Source: Raja brachyura
Lineage: Eukaryota
DNA length: 64,000 nt
NCBI GenBank assembly: GCA_963514005.1
Contig: OY740784.1
Location: 88,412,001 to 88,476,000, forward strand
Reading direction: 5' to 3'
Both the position numbers and the translations under genes were made by a program. Below the pieces are notes generated by a model. It worked only from the letters and a program-made list of their open reading frames with translations, was not told the DNA's origin and made no database searches. How positions within the stretch are numbered: position 1 is the first letter of the stretch; every line of letters begins with the position of its first letter. Of the stretch, positions 1-10,994 are shown one piece after another.

Positions 1-401
1 TAAGCCAGGGGTCAAAGGCCCCATTGATTCCCCAGGCAGCTTCACGAATAGGCCCATATGAAGAGGAATATGAAGCTTATGTACAAAGGGATTTCCTTCC
101 AGTGCCTTGTATAGGACTGGAAGATGCCTCCCCGGAGTATGACTCAGGAGAAGCAGGGCAGGAGTAAACTGACCCTGATTCTGGTTTCCCTGCTCATGTG
201 CATACACCAGAGCACAAGAGCCATGCTCCGGGTGTCCCGGATATAGCAAGAAGTTTTGCTATTCTGGAAGGGACAGGTGAGGCAATGGACGAATATCTCG
301 CCACCAACATGAACTATTTGGTGTCTCACCAGCTCCAACAAACCGTGATGGAAGAAACCACGGCAATATGAAAAACACCCGTCAATTGTGCCTCACTCAG
401 A

Positions 402-716
402 GTGCCTACCATAAACCCGGCAATCTGGGCACCCATGAGTGCATCTATGAGAGGACAAGAAATTCGCTTTCAGCGCGTCCTCCAATTAGTGGCGGCAGGA
501 ATAACTGCATTCGGCAAAATGGTCCAAGGGACGCCAATGACACCAACCCAGAAAGACATGCTGGCCGTTTTCTGTAATGCATTCTTCGAAGTAAACTGCA
601 TTAGGAAGATCGCCATCCGGCCGACATTAAATCAGAAATTTGCGGCTTTATGCAGGGCTACAAATGTACAACCACCTGACTATCTATTTGGAGCAGACCT
701 CATTAAACAGATTTGA
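402..716 (+). pseudogene. DIRS ORF1 (gag-like) fragment
   Basis: PTINPAIW...RGQEIRFQRVLQL...DYLFGADL aligns by eye with the ORF1 of copy B (47418-48377). Confidence 0.8.
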
Positions 717-890
717 GATATGGATGATGAGGCAAAAACAATCAGGTTGATGAAACCAACCATCTCAAGACCACCACTATGAAAGCCAGGTTTGATGTAC
801 AGAAGGTTGGATCCAGATGCTGGGCCCAGCAGAGGGAGGCCCGTGGGGCAATGATTTTACCCACTAGGACAGACCAGCAATAACCCCAGT

Positions 891-2043
891 ATGGGCAGAA
901 AGGAACCTTACAGGCCGACTGTGGAGGTACAGGGAATTTTTGTTAAGGATAAGGTTTCTGGTGTACAACCTCCTGTTGGAGGTAGATTACAATTGTTTTA
1001 TAATGATTGGTGCTGCATAACATCTGATCGGTTTATATTAAATACTGTGTCAGGTTCTACAATTGAGTTTATCTCAGGAATAGACCCACCTGAACAGCAC
1101 AAGCCTAATAGAGTGTTGGTGTTTTCTGTTCCAGAGACTCACCAGGTAAAAGAAGAGATTAAGAATTTATGCCAAAAAGGGGTGATTGAGAGGACAGTTA
1201 ACCATCCTCAACAATTTGTATCTAATATATTCCCCAGACCTAAAAAAGATGGGGGTTGTAGAGTTATTCTGGACCTCACTCACTTAAACTCTTATGTTCT
1301 ATTTAGGCATTTTAAAATGGACACCTTCATTACTGCTAAACAGCTGATATCACAGGGCTATTATATGGCAACTATAGATCTACAAGATGCGTATTATTCA
1401 GTACCAATTCATGCTCATTATCGCAGATACTTGAAATTTAATTGATGGGACAGCTGTGGCAATACAATGCATTGCCTAATGGATTAAGTTCAGCCCCTAG
1501 GCTGTTTACAAAATTGTTCAAACCAGTGCTGGGGCTATTAAGGGCCCATAATCACATTGTAATGGCTTATTCAGATGATATCTTAATTATCAGCAACACT
1601 AAAGAGTCAGCAGAAGAGTCGGTTCCAGCAACCAAAAATCTGTTTGAAAGATCGGGGTTCCTGGTCCATCCAACTAAGTCCAAGTTACAGCCAGCCCATA
1701 AAATTTGGGGTTTCTCATTGATTCGGTTGATATGACAGTAACATTACCAATAGCCAAGGCTGTGGATATTACAAATGTCTGTACTTGCTTCGCGCAAAAA
1801 CTTTATCCCTCCATCTGAGAAGTAGCTAAGGTGATTGGTAAATTGGTAGTAGCTTTTCCTGCAGTACAGTTCGGACATTTGCATTATCAAAGTCTGCAAA
1901 GAGCCAGAGAACAAGTACTAAAAGAGCATGCAGGCCATTTTGATTGGTTTATGCAGTTACCAACCACAGCGCTAGCTGAATTGCAATGGTGGATTATTAA
2001 TGTTAGTCAAACTACCAAAAACATTTTGGTGCAGGAACCTTAA
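891..2043 (+). pseudogene. DIRS reverse transcriptase (frameshifted/stopped)
   Basis: VGGRLQLF, FPRPKKDGGCRVILDL, IDLQDAYYSVPI, LPNGLSSAPRLFTK, AYSDD (YLDD variant), AELQWW. Confidence 0.93.
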
Positions 2044-2069
2044 GTGGTTTTACAGACTGATGGGGAGCT

Positions 2070-2384
2070 ATGGACAGCGAGTCTAGCTGTGGGGGTAGAT
2101 TGAATGTACAAGAAGATTTGATTCTCCACAGACACAGGATAAATTATTTGGAGTTATTGGGGGCATTTTATGGATTAAAAGCATATTGTTCCACAATGAA
2201 TAATTTACATGTTCAACTCCAGATCGATAACACCACAGCCGTGGCATATATTAATCACATGAGAGGAGCCAGATCAGTATCATGTGATAAATTGGCTAAC
2301 TTCATGTGGCACTGGTGTATTTCAAGGAACATCTGGGTTTCAGCCATCTATCTACCAGGCAGAGACAATGTGATGGCAGATTAA
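2070..2384 (+). pseudogene. DIRS RNase H domain
   Basis: INYLELLGA, QIDNTTAVAYINHM, YLPGRDNVMAD motifs. Confidence 0.9.
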
Positions 2385-2417
2385 AGGTCACAAAAGTTCA
2401 ATGACAATATAGATTGG

Positions 2418-2744
2418 ATGTTAAATCCTGAAAATTTTCAAACAATTGTCACTCGATTTGGGTTGCCAGATATTGATCTGTTTGCATCCAGATTGAATCA
2501 CCAGTTGCCTAAATATGTTTCATGGGAGCCGGATCCAGGAGCAGTAGTGGTGGATGCATTCTTGCTACATTCATTATTTTATGCTTTTCCTCCATTTTGT
2601 CTGATCAGGAAATGCCTCACCAAAATAGAGCATGACTCCACCACAGGCATTTTGGTGGTTCCAGACTGGCCAACACAACCATGGTTCCCAATGAGTACTC
2701 AGAATGATGACTCAGCCATTCATGATGATTCCCAGCTGCAGTAG
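2418..2744 (+). pseudogene. DIRS phage-like DNA N6-adenine methyltransferase domain
   Basis: PDIDLFAS (motif I-like), FYAFPPF (motif IV-like), VVPDWPTQPWF, immediately downstream of RNase H as in DIRS1 ORF2. Confidence 0.88.
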
Positions 2745-2813
2745 TTTGTTGACACATCCAGTTACAGGAGAAAGTCACCCATTACATGACCATATTAATT
2801 TGTTGGTCTGCAG

Positions 2814-3791
2814 GTTCTGACCAGACCGTTCCAAGGCCTTGGATTGTCAAACAGGACCATGGATGTTATAACTGCAGCTTGGAGAGATAGCACTAAGAAA
2901 CAATATGTGTCTCATATAAAGAAATGGGAGATGTTCTGTGTACAATCAGATATATCTTATCATAGTGCAAGCATATGTGATGTGTTGGAGTTCCGTGCTA
3001 TGTTGCATTTTGATGAGCACATGAGTTTTTGTGCCATTAACAGTGCTCTGAGTGTTTTGTCCTCCTATTTAGGGCATTTTTCAGAACAACAACAACTTAT
3101 CGGGTCTCATCCGTTAGTATCCCGCTTCGTGAGAGGAATTTTTAAAAAAAAGTCCTCCTAAGCCTAGATTTACAGAAATCTGGGATGTCAATATAGCTCT
3201 CATACTGCTTTGGCAATGGGCTCCAATTATGTCATTATCTTTTCAGAGATTAACACTTAAAGTGGTTATGCTAATGGCGCTTGTTTCAGCGCAAAGGGTA
3301 CAAACATTACAATTGTTATGACTAGATTGCGTGCAATTGTCTGTAAATAACATTACATTTTATGTCTAATATTTAACCAAGCAAAACAGGCCAGGAATGG
3401 CTGGAACCAAGGTGATCTTTAAAGCATATCCTGTTGACCAAATGTTATGTGTAGTCAAACACTTAGGCCAATATTTTGACTAACTAAGAGTCTTAGAGGT
3501 TCTGAGAAAGGACTGCTCATTAGTCACAAAAAAACATATAACAGAGTGTCAGTGCAAACTATTTCTAGATGGTTGAAACAGGTTCTGCATTATGCTGGAG
3601 TAGACACTCATGTGTTTAAATCTCACTCCACCAGGGCGGCAGCAACATCTGCGATGAAGGCGCAGGACGTGCCGCTAGATCAAATCCTCAGGGTCGCAGG
3701 ATGGTCTAAAGAGTCAACGTTTTCAAAATTTTATGACAAACCTGTACAGACAGTGTCACGGTTTGGGCATGCTGTTTTGGGTACCATTTAA
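2814..3791 (+). pseudogene. DIRS tyrosine recombinase (frameshifted)
   Basis: WRDSTKKQY N-terminus, HPLVSRFVRGIF, LVSAQRVQTL (catalytic R), FKSHSTRAAATS (HxxR), AGWSKESTFSKFY (W, catalytic Y). Confidence 0.93.
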
Positions 3792-4020
3792 TTTGCTTTG
3801 TTTCATATTATTCTTTGAAATTTCCCCCTGGGACAGAGGGGTTATTACTGTTTTTTTTGTTATTATTAAAAATAGTTATTGAATAATTCGAAGCAATGTT
3901 CAATATATTATTTATTCAATACTGTGTCAACCAAAGCAGAGTGTCGTATGGAGTGCATCTACGGCATGAAATCACAGAGCTTTGAAATCTTCACATAGTC
4001 ACTCATGTGACTCCAAATAT

Positions 4021-4307
4021 AGTAAGATTAAATGAGAATTTACCAGTTTGAAGTTTGATCCTTATTTTATGAGGAGTTACGATGAGGGATTACGTGCCCT
4101 CTGCTCCCACCCTCATAATCTAAAGGAGGTAGTTCTAGTCTTCTAAAAGCCTTACTATGTTACTTCGGCTATTGGTTTCTGTGTTTTCATGCCGCTGCTT
4201 TGAAGTATGACGCAGATGCGCGTGGCAGGGCTTCTTCACATAATCCCTCATCGTAACTCCTCATCAAATAAGGATCAAACTGGTAGTTCTCGTTTTAATC
4301 TTACTAT
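4021..4307. repeat. DIRS A ICR / right-terminus inverted repeat
   Basis: AGTAAGATTAAATGAGAATTTACCAGTTTG...GAGGAGTTACGATGAGGGATTACGTG (4021-4096) is the reverse complement of 4237-4307 apart from small indels. Confidence 0.92.
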
Positions 4308-4537
4308 TCTTGTTGCCTTATATCCCTTTTCACCAGATGCACCCAACCATCTGTCTTTCCCTGCCAAGGAAAACAATTGACCACAAGTTCGATATATTTG
4401 GATGTGTCAAGCAATGTGTCATCCCATTTTATATAAGGAACTCAAATACAGGAATAATGGAACTCCCTGACTGAAAGATTTTAATGAAGTAGTAAGTTAC
4501 AAAATTGATTCTGCTGTAGATTTAGAAGTTACAAAAT

Positions 4538-4720
4538 GAATGTTTAACCTTTCTTCTATTACACTAGTGAGATTTCTGCACAAAAACACCAGGTGTCTTC
4601 TATAATATAAACACTAGTGAGATTACAGCACAATAACATGAATGCTTTGCCTTTCTTCTATTACACTAGCGAGATTTCAGCACAATAAGATCAGATATTT
4701 TGCTCTATGCTATAAACAAT
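4538..4720. repeat. Degenerate ~50-nt tandem repeat
   Basis: ACACTAG(T/C)GAGATT..(A/T)GCACAA recurs at about 4561, 4611 and 4663. Confidence 0.7.
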
Positions 4721-4747
4721 CAGAAAGATGTTCAGACAAATCGGTTC

Positions 4748-4800
4748 TTACCCTCTACAGATTGTAATGTACATTTACCCTCTACAGATTGTAATGTACA
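4748..4800. repeat. Perfect 26-nt tandem duplication
   Basis: TTACCCTCTACAGATTGTAATGTACA at 4748-4773 and 4775-4800. Confidence 0.95.
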
Positions 4801-5023
4801 GACAATTACTCAACAAGGTTAAAAAAAAGTGCTTGAATCTGCAAAAAAATAGCTCCTTCAGCAGAACTATATATGGGTTAACCTTTCCTCTATAGGAAGA
4901 ACGTGTCAATCCTCTGATTTTAACCATATATGGACAAGGCAAGAGGCTGTGCAATGCTCTGTCAGATAAAGAATTGCTGAATTGTTGATTATTAGGGTAT
5001 AAATATATCTGATTGAACATTAC

Positions 5024-5095
5024 CTCTTTGTGTGGAGAAAGAGGGACTCTATAGTCTGTATTTACATACTGTGAGAGCTGTCCTTCCACACCCAC
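5024..5095 (-). CDS. Candidate internal coding exon of an unidentified host gene (VGVEGQLSQYVNTDYRVPLSPHKE)
   Basis: Minus strand: TCTTTATTTCGCCAG| acceptor, 72 nt phase 0-0 open in one frame only, GAG|GTAATG donor; lies outside recognisable TEs. Confidence 0.35.
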
Positions 5096-5548
5096 CTGGC
5101 GAAATAAAGACGTTACTGCATTACTAACTTTTGTGTTGTTATCTGTTTGAAGCAAATCAAACTTTAACATGACCTATGACTTTGCAAAATGCCACATTGA
5201 GAGGATACATTTTCCTTACCACAAAAAAGGAAAAAGTATCACAAGGACTTAAACTAACTTTAAGACTTTTTGCTATGTTGCATCTGTTTTTTGGATTTTT
5301 AAGCCTTACAGTGGTTGATCTCTGGATTTTGTTAATCAGGGAAAGAACATCAGCTTTGAGCTCTACAAATTCCAAATGCCAGAAGATGTAGGGTTGCTCT
5401 TAATCACTGAATGCTCAACAGTATCCCAAAATCTCTTAGCCTCTACTATGATTAATTCTGAAACCTGGCTTTGGCTGGGCTATGCCAGTGGGCAAATGTA
5501 TAGGTGAAGCCTTATCAAGGAGAAATAAAAGCCAGTTGGCACAGAATA

Positions 5549-5690
5549 ACAGTCTGAAGAAGGATCTCAACCCAAAATGTCACCCATTCCTTCTATCCAG
5601 AGATGCTGCTTCTGCCGCTGAGTTACTCCAGCATTCTGTGTCTATCTGGCACAGTATAACCTTGGTTTCCAGCAAAGGGTTGGATGGAGT
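5549..5690 (+). mobile_element. Penelope-like element terminal fragment
   Basis: GTCTGAAGAAGGATCTCAACCCAAAATGTCACC...GCTGAGTTACTCCAGCATT matches the 3' terminus of the PLE copies at 10670 and 59850. Confidence 0.8.
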
Positions 5691-6189
5691 CTAATTGAAC
5701 ACTGTATGCATTTATGTGCTTTGTCTTTCAGCTGCATATTAGTCCTTATCGTATAATTTTGCATAATAGTCCTTATCGCATAATCTTGCCCTCCCTGCAC
5801 TTCTTTGCTACATCTATTGCCCAGCTAATTAGCAGACCATTACAGAAAAAAGTTGTTTGGAAACCTCAGCCAAACTTCCCTTCTCCCCACACATTTCAAC
5901 CCACTAGCCAAATTGGACATGGACCCGTGATTATCAGTTCTCCTGGAGTCTAGGTGCTGCCAAAGTGTTTCCAGCAAAATCCGAAGCTAGGGGATTTGGG
6001 ATGGGAGCTATGCTCAGGGGACTGCCTCCCAGGGGTGGTGAGGAACCATACACGGATAATTATCTGATCTCCCAGTACCTGATCTATCCCTATAAATGAA
6101 TCAATATATGTTATTTCAGGCTCACTTGGAGCAAAGGCAAAATATCCCATTCATCCTCAATACAATAATAACTGTGTGGTTATGCGACT

Positions 6190-6480
6190 CGGTGGCGCAC
6201 TGGTAGAGTTGTTGCATTACAGCGCTTGCAGCGCCGGAGACCTGGCTTCGAGCCCGACTACAGGTTCAAAGATTGTATGTTCTCCCCGTGACTGCATGGA
6301 TTTTCTCCGAGATCTTCGGTTTCCTCCACATTCCAAAGACATACAGGTATGTAGGTAAATTGTCTTGGTAAATGTAAAAACAATTGTCCCCTGTGTGTGC
6401 ACGGTAGAGTTAATGTGCGAGGCGGACCCGGTGGGCCGAAGGGCCTGATTTCGTGCTGTATCTCCAAACTAAACTAAACT
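6190..6480 (+). mobile_element. tRNA-derived V-SINE (HE1-like)
   Basis: tRNA-like head with A/B-box-like motifs, V-domain TGTTCTCCCCGTG...GGTTTCCTCC..CATTCCAAAGAC, CR1-like tail GGGCCGAAGGGCCTG...(AAACT)n. Confidence 0.88.
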
Positions 6481-6879
6481 TGTGTGCCATGTGACCATGT
6501 CACCATGATTACATGTTTGCAGCAACAATACTATCAAACCTTCGGCTGAACAAAATTGGTTCATGAGCATTAAGCTAAAGGTGTGTTTAGGGTTTGTTTA
6601 GATATGAGGAAGCACAATTTTAAAATCCTATTATTTCTGTTGAATATTTAGCTAGCATTAATCCTGATAAAGCCATAATGGAATCAATTAGGAGCAGAGT
6701 ATTTTTTTTAATACAATCTAAGGGGTAACAATTAATAATCCTGATATTCAGCTGTGACTCAACTGGTTTGAAGGAACTTATGCAGTTTACTAAAATGTTC
6801 TCATTAACCTTTTTCTCATTGAAATTTGTTCTGACAGTTCTAACTCCCACTGAACCACAGTTTTAGCATCAGCTCTTGT

Positions 6880-7143
6880 CATACATAAATCTTTCACACA
6901 GAGGGTAATATGTTCATATTATTGAGCTACCAGAGGAAGTGCTAAGGCATATATCACAACACTATAAGCTATATTTAAGAGGGAGTTAGATGTGGCCCTT
7001 GTGGCTAAGGGGATCAGAGGGTATGGAGAGAAGGCAGGTACGGGATACTGAGTTGGATGATCAGCCATGATCATGTTGAATGGCGGTGCAGGCTCGAAGG
7101 GCCGAATGACCTACTCCTGCACCTAATTTCTATGTTTCTATGT
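6880..7143 (+). mobile_element. CR1 LINE 3' end fragments
   Basis: GGATCAGAGGGTATGGAGAGAAGGCAGG...GGCTCGAAGGGCCGAATG...(TTTCTATG)n tail, matching the end of the CR1 at 36305-37427. Confidence 0.85.
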
Positions 7144-9050
7144 AACACAATTTTAAAGATATTTGGACAAGTACAAGTCCACCATCGATTATCCGGCATC
7201 GTTGCTTCCAGAGCCTATCTGGGTTATCCGTTTTGCTGAACAAACAGAGGTCACAGTCCAATGGTACAGGAAATGGTCCTCCCAGGTAACCCGAGGAGTC
7301 GAGATATCAGCCCACAAAGTTGGCCTCAGATGTCGGCTATGGGAACAGATATGCCGGCTCCGGCCGGACTAGAGTTCCAGAGCCTCGGCCGCAAGGAGTA
7401 AATTCGACCAGCCGATCTGCTGCGGACGTCGGCTATAGGAACAGATCTGCTGACTCCAGCCGGGCCAGAGTTCCAGAGCCCCGACCACAGGGGGCAAAGT
7501 AGACCCACTGATTGGCGTGGAAGTCCCAATGAGGTCGAGATAGGCTGCCTCACTCGACCTAGGAGCCACATTTTTAGAGGGACCTCCGGGGGGGAGTTCA
7601 AGTATGCTCTCGCAATTTTGTCTGGATTAAAGGAGGTGCCGGCCCACCAATTGGTGGAATAGGAATATGGGTCAAATGTGGCATATGGGATGGGCATCTT
7701 GGTCGGCATAGATGAGTTGGGCCAAAGGACCAGTTTCTGTGCAATATAACGCTATAACTCAATGAGATGAAGTAGCTGTTGGTCCACTGAAATGGAAGGA
7801 CTAGAAATGGAAATAACGTGAAGCAATACCTTTTTATGAGATACAATATTGTGCCTACAAATCCATGATGAGTGTTTATTCAGTGGCACAAATTTTCACA
7901 TTTTCCCTATATCCATTACACAAGCAGTGGAAAATTAGAGGAGATTCTGCAGGAATGTCAGTGACGGTCTCTAAATTGTTTATCCAAGCATCTACAAAGG
8001 GCCTGGGGAGAGAATAGAAAAGATGTGCTGAAGCAGAGATTGGATCAGCCATTGAATAGCAGAATAGGCTTGAGGGGCTGAGTGGCTTCTCCTGTTCCTG
8101 TTTCTATAATCTTATGTCGGCAGACTTCCGGACAAATGACAACTCAAATTATACCAGATGGTGGAACTCTCAAGTTTATGAGTAAAAGTCATTTCAAGGT
8201 GGTTTCAAGGTGAGTTGAGATGGGACGAACATTAAAGAAATAAGAGACAGACAATGGAAGTGACCTAGTAGCTTAATCAGATAAATATGAGGTAAGTGAA
8301 AGGGAATTTTGCTGAATACCCCTGAATCTAAGAATGCTGCAGAACTCTCCAGCAAACTGTGGCAGGAACTGTAATGTTTCAGAAGCCAGGAAGCAGAGGG
8401 TGACTTTGGGAACCTTAGCCCCATGGACACAACAGCTTGGGAGGTTTCAGTGAGGATAATCAGTACAATTTGAAGGTTGGTCTTTAAAAACACTTCATTA
8501 AGTAATTATTTGTTGATATGTTGTCATTCTTTGGTAATAAGCAGATAATAATGGAAATACTCAGCAGTCGGGAAGGGAAACAGATTTAATGTTAGTGTAG
8601 ATTAGTGTCACATACTATTGCTCCGCCCACAGGTTTATTAGAGACCTCGCTGTCTCTCTCTCCCTGGCAGACTAATAGTATGCGGGTGGAGATGATAGCA
8701 CCTTGTGTTTCCTCTACAGAGATGCTCATAAAAGACTATGAATTCTACTCGCTATGTGTGAGTCTGATAATTTCCAACAGTTCAAGAAATGTGAACTAGA
8801 CAAAAAAAAGCTTGTTAAGATGCAGGGAAGGTGTGGGTGGGAAAAACAGGTAAAACTGGGGTGACCATGGGAATAATCTGTAAACAATGTTAACTAAGTG
8901 CTCACACTCACTCATTGACCAGAATAACTTATTTACAGCTTATTTCCATGGCTGGATGGTCCTACAAACTGGCAAATACCCTCATCATTGTTGCTTGTAT
9001 TAAACACAATTGAGAGTATTAGTTGCCAGCCGCATTCACTTCTGCAAAAC

Positions 9051-9257
9051 ACAAAGTGATGGAAGTACTCAGTGGGTCTGACAGCATCTGTGGGGGGAAT
9101 AGACAGATGACAGTGGAATCTAGTGGTCTTGACCTAAAATGTTTTGTTCATTATTGTCACATGTACATTGCTTCCACATTTGCTGCCTGGCCTGCTGAGT
9201 TCCTCCAATACTTTGTGTTTTGGTCAAGATTCCAGCATCTGCAGTCTATTGTGTCTG
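9051..9257. mobile_element. Fold-back mini-element from PLE termini (older subfamily)
   Basis: Inverted arms; 13-bp TSD ACTTCTGCAAAAC at 9038-9050 and 9258-9270. Confidence 0.75.
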
Positions 9258-9962
9258 ACTTCTGCAAAACTGAATCCAAATGTACAAAGGTCGATACAAG
9301 TGTGAGTGAGACTCTCACACACATATAGCACCATTGGACCAAAGACTAATTTCTCCCCACATGTGCGCTAATCTTTTGTAATGGATACACAGTGGAAATC
9401 AGTCTCCCTTTGTGCTGTTTCCATAGATCACTTCCCCCCTCCCTTTCTGTCAAATCCTACAGTGCTATTGTGTTTATGTGGTGTGTACAATGATCAGTGG
9501 GATTTGGTTGTATTAATCAGATTAGTGTTGTTATACCTTTAATCATTTATTGATATTTCAGCACAGGAAAGAATTTCATGAGTTATTCACTTACAGGCCA
9601 CATGGTATAGCATAAAATGGCAACCAGTTAATTAATTGACCAACAACTGGCTACAACATCCCCAAGGCAAATTTTCATCTTTGGAACTGTTGACATAGAG
9701 CTCTTTTTGGAAGAGCACATAATAGAGAGCGGGACACATACAATAAATTTTGGCGCTCTGTCAGTGGCACACATAGAGAGGATATGGGCATTTGGCTACT
9801 TTGCTGATTTTCCCCATTCAGTGACTGCACTCGTGTCCTTATGGAGATCTCCCTGGGACCTCTCTGCTCTGGAGGGGCTCTGTGCTTCCCCTAACTCCAG
9901 CCACAAAGACCATATTGGCTGCAGGTTCTCTTCCTCACCAGCCTGTCCAGGTCTCATTGGAG

Positions 9963-10052
9963 TCAGCCATGATCACATTGAATGGCGGTGCAGGCTCGAA
10001 GGGCCGAATGGCCTACTCCTGCACCTATTTTTCTATGTTCTATGTTTCTATG
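9963..10052 (+). mobile_element. CR1 3' tail fragment
   Basis: TCAGCCATGATCACATTGAATGGCGGTGCAGGCTCGAAGGGCCGAATGG...TTCTATG repeats. Confidence 0.85.
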
Positions 10053-10994
10053 ACTCCTGGGAGTACTCCCCCTGCCCCCTCCCAGTGCTGCAATATCTAT
10101 TTATTAAGTGGCAAAAATGGCCAGCAGATAATAGTATTGCTTGCGTTGTGGTACGTTCCTTTAAGAGCTGGCTGCTGGGATCATACCAGTAGTGTTAAAA
10201 GCTGACAACTGCAAGAACTGAAGAACACTGTGCTGGAACTGACCATGTGTGACCATTACACTGGGACTTTGGTACCTCCCAAGAGATAGAGATTTATAGG
10301 CAATTTTCATTTTTTTTAAGGTTACGTACAAGGTTACTCCAAAACACAGATCAATAGCTTTTTGGGCATTACTGAAATCAAAGGAACTGGGGTGGTGTTG
10401 GAAAATAGCACTGACATGTAAGAGAAACAGAGTTAATGTTTCATGTCATAGCCATAAGCTTTCTGCTAAAACAGTAAAACCATTGTCCAGTTGTCATATT
10501 TGGAGTCCAAGTGACTATGCTTGTTGACTAGTTCATGTTGCATTATAGTGGGCTGATTCATCAAGGTAGATTACTTCAGTATTTTATATTCTCATTAGAA
10601 TCTGTCAACAGAAATTGCAAGATATTCTGTCCAAGTGCGCTGTTATGCAAAAACCAAAACTGAGTGAGAGTACACAAAAGGCTGGAGAAACTCAGCGGGT
10701 GCAGCAGCATCTAAGGAGCGAAGGAGATAGGCAACGTTTTGGGCCGAAACCCTTCTTCAGACTGATGGGGGGGGGGGGGGAGAAGAAAGGAAAAAGGGGG
10801 AGGAGGAGCCCGAGGGCTGGGGGAGAGGTGGTTTAGGGAGGAGACAACAAGGGTTAACAGAATTGAGAAAATTCAATGTTCAAGCCCAGAGGATGCAGAC
10901 TCCCCAAGCAGAATATGAGGTGCTGTTCCTCCAATTTGCGATGTTGCTCACTCTGGCCGTAGAGAAGGCCCAGGACAGAGAGGTCGGATACGGA

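Larger units (their letters stand above)
1..4307 (+). mobile_element. DIRS1-like tyrosine-recombinase retrotransposon, copy A (5' end cut by window edge, decayed)
   Basis: Ordered gag-like, RT, RNase H, methyltransferase and YR fragments; 3' region with internal complementary region (about 3989-4096) inverted against the terminal 4237-4307 segment. Confidence 0.95.

Noticed and set aside
891-3791. RT plus adenine methyltransferase plus integrase cluster as a prophage, retron or restriction-modification system
   Set aside because: Order, motifs and ITR/ICR structure are those of eukaryotic DIRS1 retrotransposons, and the context is vertebrate repeats
4775-5391. 131-aa and neighbouring ORFs as complete genes
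   Set aside because: No recognisable domain; only the internal 72-nt segment has splice signals
6190-6260. tRNA genes at SINE heads
   Set aside because: No complete cloverleaf; each continues into a V-domain and LINE-derived tail
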